Below, one piece after another: positions 52,738 to 64,000 of a stretch of DNA of 64,000 nt (the first letter of the stretch is position 1; every line of letters begins with the position of its first letter). Source of the stretch: Lama glama (taxonomy: Eukaryota); contig CM052816.1 in NCBI GenBank assembly GCA_028534125.1, positions 57,352,001 through 57,416,000 on the forward strand. The letters run 5' to 3'. The translations under genes were made by a program, and so were the position numbers. The notes beneath the pieces are model-generated. The model was not told the DNA's origin, did no database searches, and saw only the letters and a list, made by a program, of their open reading frames with translations.

Positions 52738-52836
52738 CCATTTGAATGGAGATCTCTCCAATTGCCCATGTGGCATTATTGCAGACTGAAATGAACTCTG
52801 GATTTAGGTTGGTTCCCAATATTGGCATGAAATCAG
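52738..52836 (-). CDS. TNPO1: Transportin-1 exon ([33 protein letters not shown])
   Basis: 99 nt, AG/GT bounded, phase 1-1. Confidence 0.97.
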
Positions 52837-53670
52837 CTAGAAAAAAAATTTTTTTAAAAACTATGTAGTAAACTTCTCAATAGCAATTTATTGTGCTTAA
52901 AAGGAAATCCACTAGTTAGAAACTGAAATCTAGGCAAGAAATAGCGTTTTTTTTTTTAAAGGTGTTGGAAATAATTATCTTAAGGAACCAAAGGAGGCAA
53001 TCTCTGACCACTGAACTTTCATGTGATGTAGATGAGGAAACCTAAATTTTGGTTTTATTTTAAGTATCATTAAAAAGAGCTGGTCAAGTAATCTCTTTTG
53101 TCATCAGACTGAGAACATTCAAAATAAAAGTAAGGAAAACATGATACAATAGAACTTTCTTCAAAGCTAGTCTTTAACACACAATTTTTTAAATCAACAA
53201 TTTTGGCTTTTACAGTTTATCCTAGTGGTCTCCACATATCATTTTCACTTAAAAGAAATGAGGGCTCTCAGAAAAATGTCTCATTGCAGGCTAAGGGCAG
53301 GAAAGGTACAACACAAGCCTGGACTATTCTGTCATACCAGAAAAGACTCAGGACTCAACTTGATAAAAGTTCCCACTGCTGGCAGGAGGACAATTTGAGC
53401 ATCAAGAGTTCATAGTGACACTCAAAAAATAAATACAAACAAAAACTAAACTTTCAAACGCAATATAGACAGATACCTGTGGAAGATGCTGGGAATCAAT
53501 TCATTATTTTAAAAACCGGTAAATGGTCAAGTAACTATCCTGCCTCTCCTATATGACTTGTACTTCAGGGCAATAACAGATTGATATGGAAAATGTCTCT
53601 ATATATGGATTCTCACTATTAAGTGAAGAATTAGAATCACTGTTTAAACCCCTAATAAATTAAAGGATCT

Positions 53671-53854
53671 CAGAGTTTCTCAAGCTCAGCAATACTGATA
53701 GCCTGGGTCAGATTATTCTGTTATGGGGGGACTGTCTCCCGCATTGTAGGATGCCTCGCAACATTCTTTGCCTCTACCCACCAGATATCAGTAACACATC
53801 CGGTGTTCAAATGTCTCCAGACATTGCCAAATTGCCCTTGATTGAGAAACACTA
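53671..53854. mobile_element. MER20-like hAT DNA transposon
   Basis: CAGAGTTTCTCAAGCTCAGCAATACTGA..CATTGTAGGATG..AAATGTCTCCAGACATTGCCAAAT..TTGAGAAACACT. Confidence 0.85.
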
Positions 53855-54159
53855 ACCTAGAAAATAATCATCATAGTTGATAACATAAAATGGGAAAGAC
53901 AACTAGACACTGCGTACCTCCTGAAGAAGGTACACGATCTATAAAGTCATAAAACTAAAAAAAAAATCCTTTCACACAAGTTTAAACACATAAAAACTAA
54001 AATTAGGGGGAAATATTTGTAGAACAAGGTTTCCACAAAACAAGAATTTATTATAATTTCATTTAGAGTGATTAGGCTTAAACTAACATTATTAGTCAAA
54101 ATTCAGAAAGATAGTTATTATTCTAAAGCACAACTGGGAATTGGGTCAAGGTGATCAAG

Positions 54160-54440
54160 CACAAACTTCAAGTTCTAAAATAAGTAAGTTCTAGGGGATG
54201 TAATGTATTACATTATGACTGTAGTTAATACTGTATTATATATTTGAAAGTTGCTAAGAGAGATCTTAAAAGTTCTCATCACAAGATAAAAAATTTTCAT
54301 AACTATGTGAGGTGATGGATGTTAACTAAACACTGTGGTAATCATTTCTCAATATATAAATGTATCAAATCATTATGTTGCACCCCTTACACTCACACAA
54401 TGTCATATGTCAGTTATATCTTAATAAAACTGAGGGGGTG
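54160..54440 (+). mobile_element. L1MA/MB-like 3' end
   Basis: TTGAAAGTTGCTAAGAGAGATCTTAAAAGTTCTCATCACAAG..AACTATGTGAGGTGATGGATGTTAACTAA. Confidence 0.85.
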
Positions 54441-55065
54441 GGACCCAAAAGCACACTGTATCATATGAAAAAAGCATTCAGGTCATTGCTTTAAACCAGG
54501 GTTAAGTAAATCATGGATTATAAACTACTAACATCCAAAATGATGGGACACAGAAATGAAGGAAAAATAACCAAAACCCCATTTAATCCATGGGTGTGAT
54601 GCCAATTCTGGTTACATTATTCAAGAAATCCCTTATTATCTACACAAAAGACTAAATAAAACAAATGTTATGCTATTAAAACAAAAACAAATCATCATTT
54701 ACTTTTAGGTAAACTGTTCAAACTTTCCTATGATATCTTAAAAAGTATGCTGGTTTATAATGAGAGACTATTTCTGGGTACCTCTACAAAAAAGAGAGGC
54801 TATTCAGAGTATCCATGAACCAGCATACAGGACCAAGGATTCAGAGATGGGCATGTTCTTTAAAGTAATACTTATCCAACTTTTTTCCAGTCATATGAAT
54901 GCCTACTGAGCTGCTAAAGTGATGGTGAATTCAAGAAAACAAGGAACAGGGGTTCCCGTCCTGCCTGCTTCAGTCAGAGCAGCTTTATGCAGTGAAATGT
55001 ACGTTTGTAAGTGTTGGGATTTCATGAACTTTAATAATACAAACTATAGTTGATGAAAAATGTTA

Positions 55066-55185
<120 letters not shown>

Positions 55186-55266
55186 CTACAAGAAAAGAAG
55201 AAGAAATTAATGCCAATGTGACACAAAGAGGTAGGTTTCAATTCATTTTAATTTAATAAGTCTCAC

Positions 55267-55425
55267 CTGCATGCACTGATACATTAGTGTTAGAATGTTA
55301 CTTCGGGCTACTAGCTGTTCAATGTTGCCTCCAAGACCTTCAGCCAGGCCACTGAGTAAGTCAAGAGCCACTATCATAAAATCTTTATCTGGAGCCTCGT
55401 ATTGATCTGGTTGAGCATTGTTCAG
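55267..55425 (-). CDS. TNPO1: Transportin-1 exon ([16 protein letters not shown]...LMYQCMQ)
   Basis: 159 nt, AG/GT bounded, phase 0-0. Confidence 0.97.
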
Positions 55426-55468
55426 CTGAAATTAGACACAATTTTTTTTGAAAACTTTGAATCAATTA

Positions 55469-55660
<192 letters not shown>

Positions 55661-56768
55661 CTAGAAAGGATAAAGTAGATGTGTAAAATTTCTGGGTACA
55701 CCTAAGATTATAATAAACACTTGAAAGTGTACTCAATAAGACCCTGGTCATCTGTGAGCCTGTCCTACTACTCTATAGTATACAGCAGGTTTATTTTTTC
55801 CAAACTCTCTTTGGATGCCATTCATTGCTGTTAAGTTTACTAGGTGGTCAGGGGAGGTTTCCTCGGAAAAAAAAAATGTGCATCCTCCAGGAACAGATCT
55901 TAAGTATTATGTACTCCTATTTTTTTCTCAAATGTATGAGATATATTTATCATCCCATGCTGGTCAATGATGTGGGTGGAGTTTACTGGGCACATTCTGA
56001 GCCCCTGCATGGAAGTAAATAAATCTAGCCATTATAATTCTTCTTGTTTTGTTGGGCCCAGAATTAGCCATTGCTCTTGGTCACATAAGTTTTTACTTCT
56101 CTGGTTAGGGACAATCCATGGCAGAAATGGTGACCCCTGAAATGACTGAATTGGTTCTACCAATTTCAATTCATCTAGGTTTAAGTTACCACATTTAAGA
56201 ATGTATTTCAGTTATCTGAATGGCATATAATTTTTGTTTTGTTTTAAAAAAGTAATTACACATGAAAACAAAACTTCAAATTAGACAGAAAGGTATAAAG
56301 TGAAGTTTCTCTCATCAAAGTCCTAATGCTGCTTCACATATATGAGTGTATGTGTGTATATATAATAGATAATATATAAAAGAATTTAAACTATTAAACA
56401 TTATGGCTTGGCTATACGTGTATACAAAGACATATAGTCAAAACAGAGATGAACATATATATGTTGATATGGAAAGATCTCCAAGATAATTTATTATCAA
56501 TTAAGTAGAGCAGGTTAGAAAATACAATACAATCCTGTCTACTTAAAAAAAAAAAGCATTAACACATCCATTACACTTTCTATTTCACAGTACTTCTTAG
56601 TATAGATGCACCATAATTAAAGTGATTCAAAGTTACACATTTATTCTGCTTTTAAACAGAAATGGCTCAGAATGCAAATTAATTAACACTTATCATCACA
56701 TATACCTGTTTTAGACTTGGACATGTAATTATTTTGATAAAACAGATTAACTGCATATTACCAGTTTA

Positions 56769-56861
<93 letters not shown>

Positions 56862-58059
56862 CTAATTACAATGATGAAAAACACATAAAGTTCCACTCTC
56901 CTATGTTAACAAGCCCATTTTGAGCTCATGAAAATTAAACTCCATTTAGAGTAATTGTGTAAAATCATTACAGAATGAATTTTAAGACTCATTCTTTGTT
57001 CTAATTAGCACCTTTAGAAATTTTTTTGCCTGTTTTTAATTTATATGACCTTGTTCTTTTTTTTGGGAACTTGTTCTATTTTAAATCACCTTATACCATT
57101 TTTGAAATAAGCTGTATTTGTATACATCAAATTTGATGTAGTGGTACACATCAAATATGCCATTACATAAAAATTACTTGATCATAATCAGGAATGATCT
57201 GTTTAAGTTTTATCTCTAGTGATTGAATTTTTAGTCCTGGGGCTTGTGACATGTTAACATGGCTCCTGCTCTACAGCAAATTATAAATGACAGTTAATAA
57301 AGGTATTAAAAACAACAGTAGAAAAAGATTCATAATCATTTAAATGTCCTTAGACTGAAGAACCCATGCAACCAAATAAACAAACATAATAATCATATAA
57401 ACAAGGAGCACAGATTCTAAAGGGTCTAATCTAAGACATTAGGAATGCCCCCAAACAAAAGTAAACCAATCAACATGAAAGCAAACCCACAAAGTGTCCT
57501 GCACCAAGTTTAACTTATAAACACATTTCTTAAGACTTCTCATACAGTAATCATAAACATGAAATTATTCTTCAACAGGGAATTTCTAGCTGTATTAAAA
57601 TTTTAACATTATTTAAATCATATTTAAACAAGCCAAATTCCACCCTCCTCTTCTATTCTTAGCACTACTAGAGACAGAGTTTGGATCCCTAGCCATACTC
57701 TGAACCACTATTTAACATTTTAAACTGTTACCCTATTACCCTAATTTTTAATTGTTTTGGTATTTCCCATACTTGTTAAGTTCCAATGAGAAAACAAAGA
57801 TGTTTCGATGTGGTACTCTTAAGCTATAGTGTTTATGATGTGGTAGATACAAAAGTTTAAGTAAAAGTTGAAATCCTTTATCCCCTTTCCTTTAATCACT
57901 CTAAAAAGTGTTGGTGCATTTATGGGAGATGCTGCTATAATTTCCACACCAAACACGTATTTATTTTTTAAAGTACTATTTAAAATGTAAATACATTTGC
58001 TGTTTTTTTTCAGATCTACCTTCCTAAAGCAGCAAACACTCCCAAAACATTTTAATTTA

Positions 58060-58374
<315 letters not shown>

Positions 58375-58829
58375 CTAAGTTAACAGTTTATACAGCGTCT
58401 ATTTACACTTTACACACCCATCTCCTTACCATACCACACCAGACACTTGTTATTATTATTTTTCTCATTCCTTATCACTTCTTTCAAAGAGGCCATCACT
58501 CTTGGGCATTAGCTTAACGACAATGGTAAATCTAAAACTAAAATACTGTTGGTTCATTCAACAAGTTTATTTGTTTATTTACTATTTATTTAGTCGCTCA
58601 GTGCTGGGAATATGGCAATGAACAAAACAACGTCCCTATTCTTAGGGAGTTTACATTCAAATGATGTTCCACATTAATGAAATCAGAATAAAAACTGTTT
58701 AACTCTTCCTTTCACACTTTAACCTTCATATGTATACCAAGAGTCACAAAAAGATAGAAACATTTTTAACACTTAGTGTGTTTGAGATATATGAGAACAG
58801 TAGTATCACAATCTCTCAAATGTTTCTTT

Positions 58830-59300
58830 TAGTGGGAGGAGGAAATGAGGTGCTGGAGGTCAAAGGACACAAATTTTCAATTTATAATTGAAGAATATAA
58901 AAGAATAAATTCTAAGGATCCAGTGTACAGCACGGTAACTATAGTGAAAAATATGGCACTGTATACTTGAAAATTGCTGAGAGAAGATCTTAAGCATTCT
59001 CAAAAAAAACCTGTTTCCTATGTTAATTATGTGAGATGACGGATATGTTAATTATCTTGATCTTGGTAAATGTAAATGCTCTATAATGCTTATGTATATC
59101 AAATCATTATTTTATTTTATACATTTTAAATACATGTAATTGGGGGAGATGGGTATAGCTCAGTGGTACAGTGCATGCTTAGCATACACAAGGTCTTGGG
59201 TTTAATCCCAGCACCTCCACCAAAAAAAGAAACATTAAAAAAAAAAAAAACAAAAACCCATGCAATTTTATCTGTCAATTATTCCTCGGTAAAGTTCAAA
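58830..59300 (+). mobile_element. L1MA/MB-like 3' end containing a tRNA-Ala-derived SINE (59142-59256)
   Basis: L1 tail phrases; SINE head GGGTATAGCTCAGTGGTACAGTGCATGCTTAGCA, A tail, near-TSD CATGTAATT/CATGCAATT. Confidence 0.8.
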
Positions 59301-59917
59301 ACACCCTAAGCCCTACACTATACATTAAAATGCACAGTGCATGTTATTATAAATTTATTTTTGGCTTACTTTTTAAAGACAAATGTACAAGAAAGGAAAA
59401 CAACTCCAGAGACTCAGTACAATTACCTCAACTTAAACCTAAATTTGTCTTGATTTTAAGGTGTATGTGGCTCTTCATTTGTAAAATTAAGTTTTATTTT
59501 CTTCTTTTCTACCCAGAAAGGAATTTCTTAAAATGACAGGCTTAAGCTATTTGTTAAAGTCCTGTTCATTAACACTGAACTATGTATCTAGTTCCTTAAC
59601 AGCACTTTCCATAAATTATAATTGTCTAGTATACCTTATTAGCCTGTAAATTTCAAGACAGCAGAGATTGTTAAGCCCAGCATTTAGTGTATGCTTAACA
59701 ATTAGTAGAAAACTGAAAAAAAAATTGCTGGGTGAATAATCTATATAAAACCAATCTGTATCCTACCCTCACTAAAAAAAAAATTTAGTGCTATTTATCA
59801 CCAAAGTCCCCTTGTTTAACTTTCTTTCATCTCATTATGAACTGGAACTCTTCTAGATATTTTTGCTTCAGATCTGGTAAAGTCCAACTCCACTTAAATT
59901 ACTTTCCTTTTTTTTAA

Positions 59918-60417
59918 NNNNNNNNNNNNNNNNNNNNNNNNNNNNNNNNNNNNNNNNNNNNNNNNNNNNNNNNNNNNNNNNNNNNNNNNNNNNNNNNNNN
60001 NNNNNNNNNNNNNNNNNNNNNNNNNNNNNNNNNNNNNNNNNNNNNNNNNNNNNNNNNNNNNNNNNNNNNNNNNNNNNNNNNNNNNNNNNNNNNNNNNNNN
60101 NNNNNNNNNNNNNNNNNNNNNNNNNNNNNNNNNNNNNNNNNNNNNNNNNNNNNNNNNNNNNNNNNNNNNNNNNNNNNNNNNNNNNNNNNNNNNNNNNNNN
60201 NNNNNNNNNNNNNNNNNNNNNNNNNNNNNNNNNNNNNNNNNNNNNNNNNNNNNNNNNNNNNNNNNNNNNNNNNNNNNNNNNNNNNNNNNNNNNNNNNNNN
60301 NNNNNNNNNNNNNNNNNNNNNNNNNNNNNNNNNNNNNNNNNNNNNNNNNNNNNNNNNNNNNNNNNNNNNNNNNNNNNNNNNNNNNNNNNNNNNNNNNNNN
60401 NNNNNNNNNNNNNNNNN
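59918..60417. other. Assembly gap (500 N)
   Basis: Run of exactly 500 N. Confidence 1.
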
Positions 60418-63400
60418 TACAATAGATTAACAGTAGTAATTTAACATTATAGCTAGTGTATCATAACTAGGTAAAATTTATAATGCACAGAACCATACTT
60501 TGTAAGCTTCAAGCATTTCATAGGAGAACCAAGTCTATTTGGATCATCAAGTATTAAATCATTTTAAATCATCTATGATCTTTGTCAATAATTTCAGGAA
60601 AATGATGAAGATGGATGGCAGACTATAAAATACCGAAGAGTTAACATGAAGTGAGGTAACAAAGTAAAGACAGCAAGCCCCCATTTATTCTTTGAATCTT
60701 TTTAAGATGAAAGAAACTGCAGCAAGTTAAAAAGTTACAGAGAAAGAGGCAATAGAAAGGGAAAAGTTGAAAGAGAGAATTTATCTGTCTGAGGGAGAGA
60801 GATCCCTAAGGATAAGAAAAAAAATCATGCTATCTAAGACCATAAATAGAAAGACTGGTTAGGAAATAAACAATTCACATGAAAATACACCTGTTAAGTT
60901 CTGGGGCAAAATGAAGGGTCACCTGTTTTCCCTACAAAGCAGAATTGCTCAAAATGCATGAAGAGAACTTCAGAAGAGTGATAAAGATCTGAAACAGCTG
61001 TCCCGGTGAAGGGAAGAGAAAAGCTATCTAGAACAGGAAAAAATAGCAGACAGTATCAAGAGTCCACTTGACATTGAACACCATGGACTTCTAAAGCTAT
61101 CAATTCTTTTGGCAGTATAACTTTTCCCATCAGTATTTAAGAGACAGCAAAGACAGCTCAATTAATCCGGAGCCGGGGTAGAGGGTGGGGTTATGGTAGG
61201 TGGAGTCAGTACTGTTGGATCGGGATGTCAGCACCAGACTGACAAGAGTAAAAAGTTGTGCAGGGAATAAGGAACTGATAAAGCTGCACAGGTAAGAAAA
61301 CAAGGTAGGAAAGTGAGACATGGGAGTTAATTGTGACTGTGGCAATATGGCATGTGTTTGATGAATTCCAATCATACAAAGCAGACCATTATTTTTGAAC
61401 AGGTCTAATTGTTAAGAAGCTTTTTCCTGAAGCCTCATGTACCCATGAAAGAAGAGAAGAGAATTTTAATGCAACATCAAGAAAAGGCAATGATGTTCAC
61501 ACCAACAATGAATGTTTACTGAGTACTTAAACACATGCTGGGCATTGCGTTAGTTGTTTTACATGAATTAATCCATAAATTTAAGTCCCAGGAGATATTA
61601 ATGTACAAGAATAAAGGTGGGAAAAAGCCAAAATAATTCTGGGGGAAAAAATGAAGACCTGCTCTACCAGCTAACAAAATATATTAAATGTTCAATAATC
61701 AAAAGAATACAGTACTGTTAAAAAAAAAAAAAAAAAAAAATTATGGCCCAGAAACAGATAAAAGAATTTAATCCTGTCCTTTGTTACATGAACGCTTTTT
61801 ATGTGAATTCGTTTTAGTAAGAGAGATCTCATCACATTAACAATTTTGATTCTTCAGCAAACATTTTTTTTGCTCATACAAAACAAGAACCTGGTTGACA
61901 GAGTTGGGAAAAGCAAGTTCTTTTATCGTGTTTTTAATCTTAGGATCAGACTGATAGTGATATTTTCCCATCTACACAATGCATCATTTCAACTAAAAAT
62001 AAAAGCAGTCTTGTTTTATCTGAAAATGGTTCCCAAACCAGTGGTTTGGAATACACATCAATCAAATCCAGTTACGACCAGACTGGGTGGTCTAATGTCT
62101 GCACACAGCACAACAGGTGGGAAGTGCTGATCTTTTTAGCCTGCTACCAAGTTCTTGCTTGCTTTAAAAATGTTTAGATTTTATTAGTGTAGTGAAAGAG
62201 ATCACCTAGCTATAACTGCTCTGATCATCTACTAATATTATAGCTTAGGCTTTCATTAATAAAATATCTTCAGTTTTTATAAGAACTAATGTCTGTTTAT
62301 ATGACTTAAAGAATTATATGGTCCTATACTAAGAAACAAGCATATCATAAAAGTGGCACCACAAATTAGAGAGAAAAGAAGAACTAACACATGGATTTCC
62401 TAAGGAGGGAAATCCATCTAGCCCATCACCTTCCATTTAACTACCAAATAAATTCTAGATTGACTGGAATATAATATAATATAGGTGGAAATGCTTTCTT
62501 GGAGGGAAAAAAGCTGGAAAAGAAAAAAGAACTAAATCTGACTACATGAAAATAAGAATATCCAAGTAATCTAATATCTGAAAAAAAACACAACTCCACT
62601 AATACTATAACATAGTAAAACAAATGGTTTTGTTGTTTGCTTATCCAGATGGCTAAGATTAGAGAAATTACAATTAATTTGGATGGCAAAAGTTGTGACA
62701 GGATGGGACACTGCAGGCACAGTGTATACTGGCTTATAACTTTGTTAAAGAAAAATGTGGAATATTTAGATGAACCTTTAAAATGCTTAGACCCTTGGCC
62801 TTAGTAAAAAATCACTTCTAGGAATTCTACTTGAAAGAAACCACTACTTATGGACAAAGAAAGATGCTCACTCCAGGATTATATATGAGTTTTAAAAAAG
62901 GGGGGCAAACAACTAAATATTTAACAACAGAACAGTTACATATATACATACATACACTATGTGCACCATGATGGAAAAGTACTCAAAGTTTAAAGACTAA
63001 TGGCATGGAGGAAAGCACACAACACACAACAGCTGAAAAGAGCAAGCCACAAAATAGTATAACCAAAATGTTAACACTAACCATAGCTAGATACCATGTA
63101 CACACTACCAAATAATTCTTCTCCAAACACCCTGAATATATGACCATTGGCATATGGTACTCATCAGAAAAAAAATATTAAAAGACAACACATCAAAAAT
63201 ACTAGCGATAATTACTCAGGGTGGTAGAAATCCAGGAGATTTTAAGTTTTCTACATTTGAATTTTCTTCTATGAGCTGTATTACTTTATTTTTAAAAGAA
63301 AGTGAGCATTACTTTTAGAAGTAACTGATTTTAATAAATCACATCAATACGTTGTACATCTAAAACTAATACAATGTTCTACATCAGTTTGTTTACCTCA

Positions 63401-63811
63401 AAAAACTGGAAAAAGTATATTAAAAAAGTAACTGATTCAACAGCATCCACGGGGTTAAAAACAGGCTTAACAGGTTAACCAAAAATCTCACAGCATCACA
63501 ACTGGTGGGAAATCCTTTTAGAGGGGGAAAAAAAAATCCATGAGATTCTATAGTCAAACTACAAGGATTATTTTAAAAAATTGTGCCATCGATTACCCAA
63601 AATTAATTATAATTTACAAAAGTCACACTGAAGTAATTAAAAAAAAAGTGCTTAAAAAAAAAATCTCTCAACTTATACCATCAGTAAAATTAAATCTGAC
63701 TTCTTTAGAACTTCACTACCTGATAGCCGAAGATGCAACCTAAAAATATAAAAATGAGGAATCACTGCTAAATTTATTAACAAGGTAGCATTCATAAGAA
63801 GGAACACTTAC

Positions 63812-63930
63812 TTGGGAAGATGTCTTACGAGTACATCTTTGCATATTGGTTGCTCAGCCAAAGTAAGCCAAAATTCGCAGGCTTCTAAAGCCACATTTTC
63901 ATCTTGATCTTGGGTCCTCTGCAGCATGTA
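63812..63930 (-). CDS. TNPO1: Transportin-1 exon ([40 protein letters not shown]); upstream exons lie right of the window
   Basis: 119 nt, phase 0-2; acceptor TTTACAG, donor GTAAG. Confidence 0.97.
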
Positions 63931-64000
63931 CTGTAAACAAAGGGAGGTTAGTATTAATCAGTTTAAATTATACAATTAAAATAAACCTAACCCAATTTCA

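Noticed and set aside
59868..60422. 184-aa ORF
   Set aside because: Artefact of translating the N gap.
60560..61380. Purine-rich intronic stretch as hidden TNPO1 exons or a BovB/RTE fragment
   Set aside because: No TNPO1 peptide in any minus-strand frame I could read, and the RTE resemblance is too weak; probably an old repeat.

Overview
Mammalian genomic DNA, probably a camelid (Camelus/Vicugna) judging by tRNA-Ala-derived Vic-1-type SINEs and L1 tails. The TNPO1-FCHO2 order matches the human locus. Both genes lie on the minus strand. The CpG-island promoter and first coding exon of FCHO2 (MVMAHFVENFW) are at the far left. The 3' part of TNPO1 (transportin-1/karyopherin-beta2) occupies ~37.5-64 kb: 12 visible coding exons with GT-AG boundaries and consistent phases, the stop codon, a 3'UTR intron and a ~5.7 kb last exon. 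About 200 aa of TNPO1 coding sequence is not visible and most likely lies in a 500-N assembly gap. The ~36 kb intergenic region is mostly transposon-derived: a TSD-bounded, decayed 7.8 kb ERV1-class provirus with a nested solo LTR, L1/L2/MIR/MaLR/ERV-L/hAT fragments, SINEs and a tailless U2 retrocopy. I found no convincing novel multi-gene system. The most interesting signals are an unusual, probably ultraconserved splice-acceptor region in TNPO1, a hairpin of pre-miRNA size apparently created by a local inversion, and an LTR pointing toward FCHO2. Exon numbers and repeat family names come from memory and need database confirmation.
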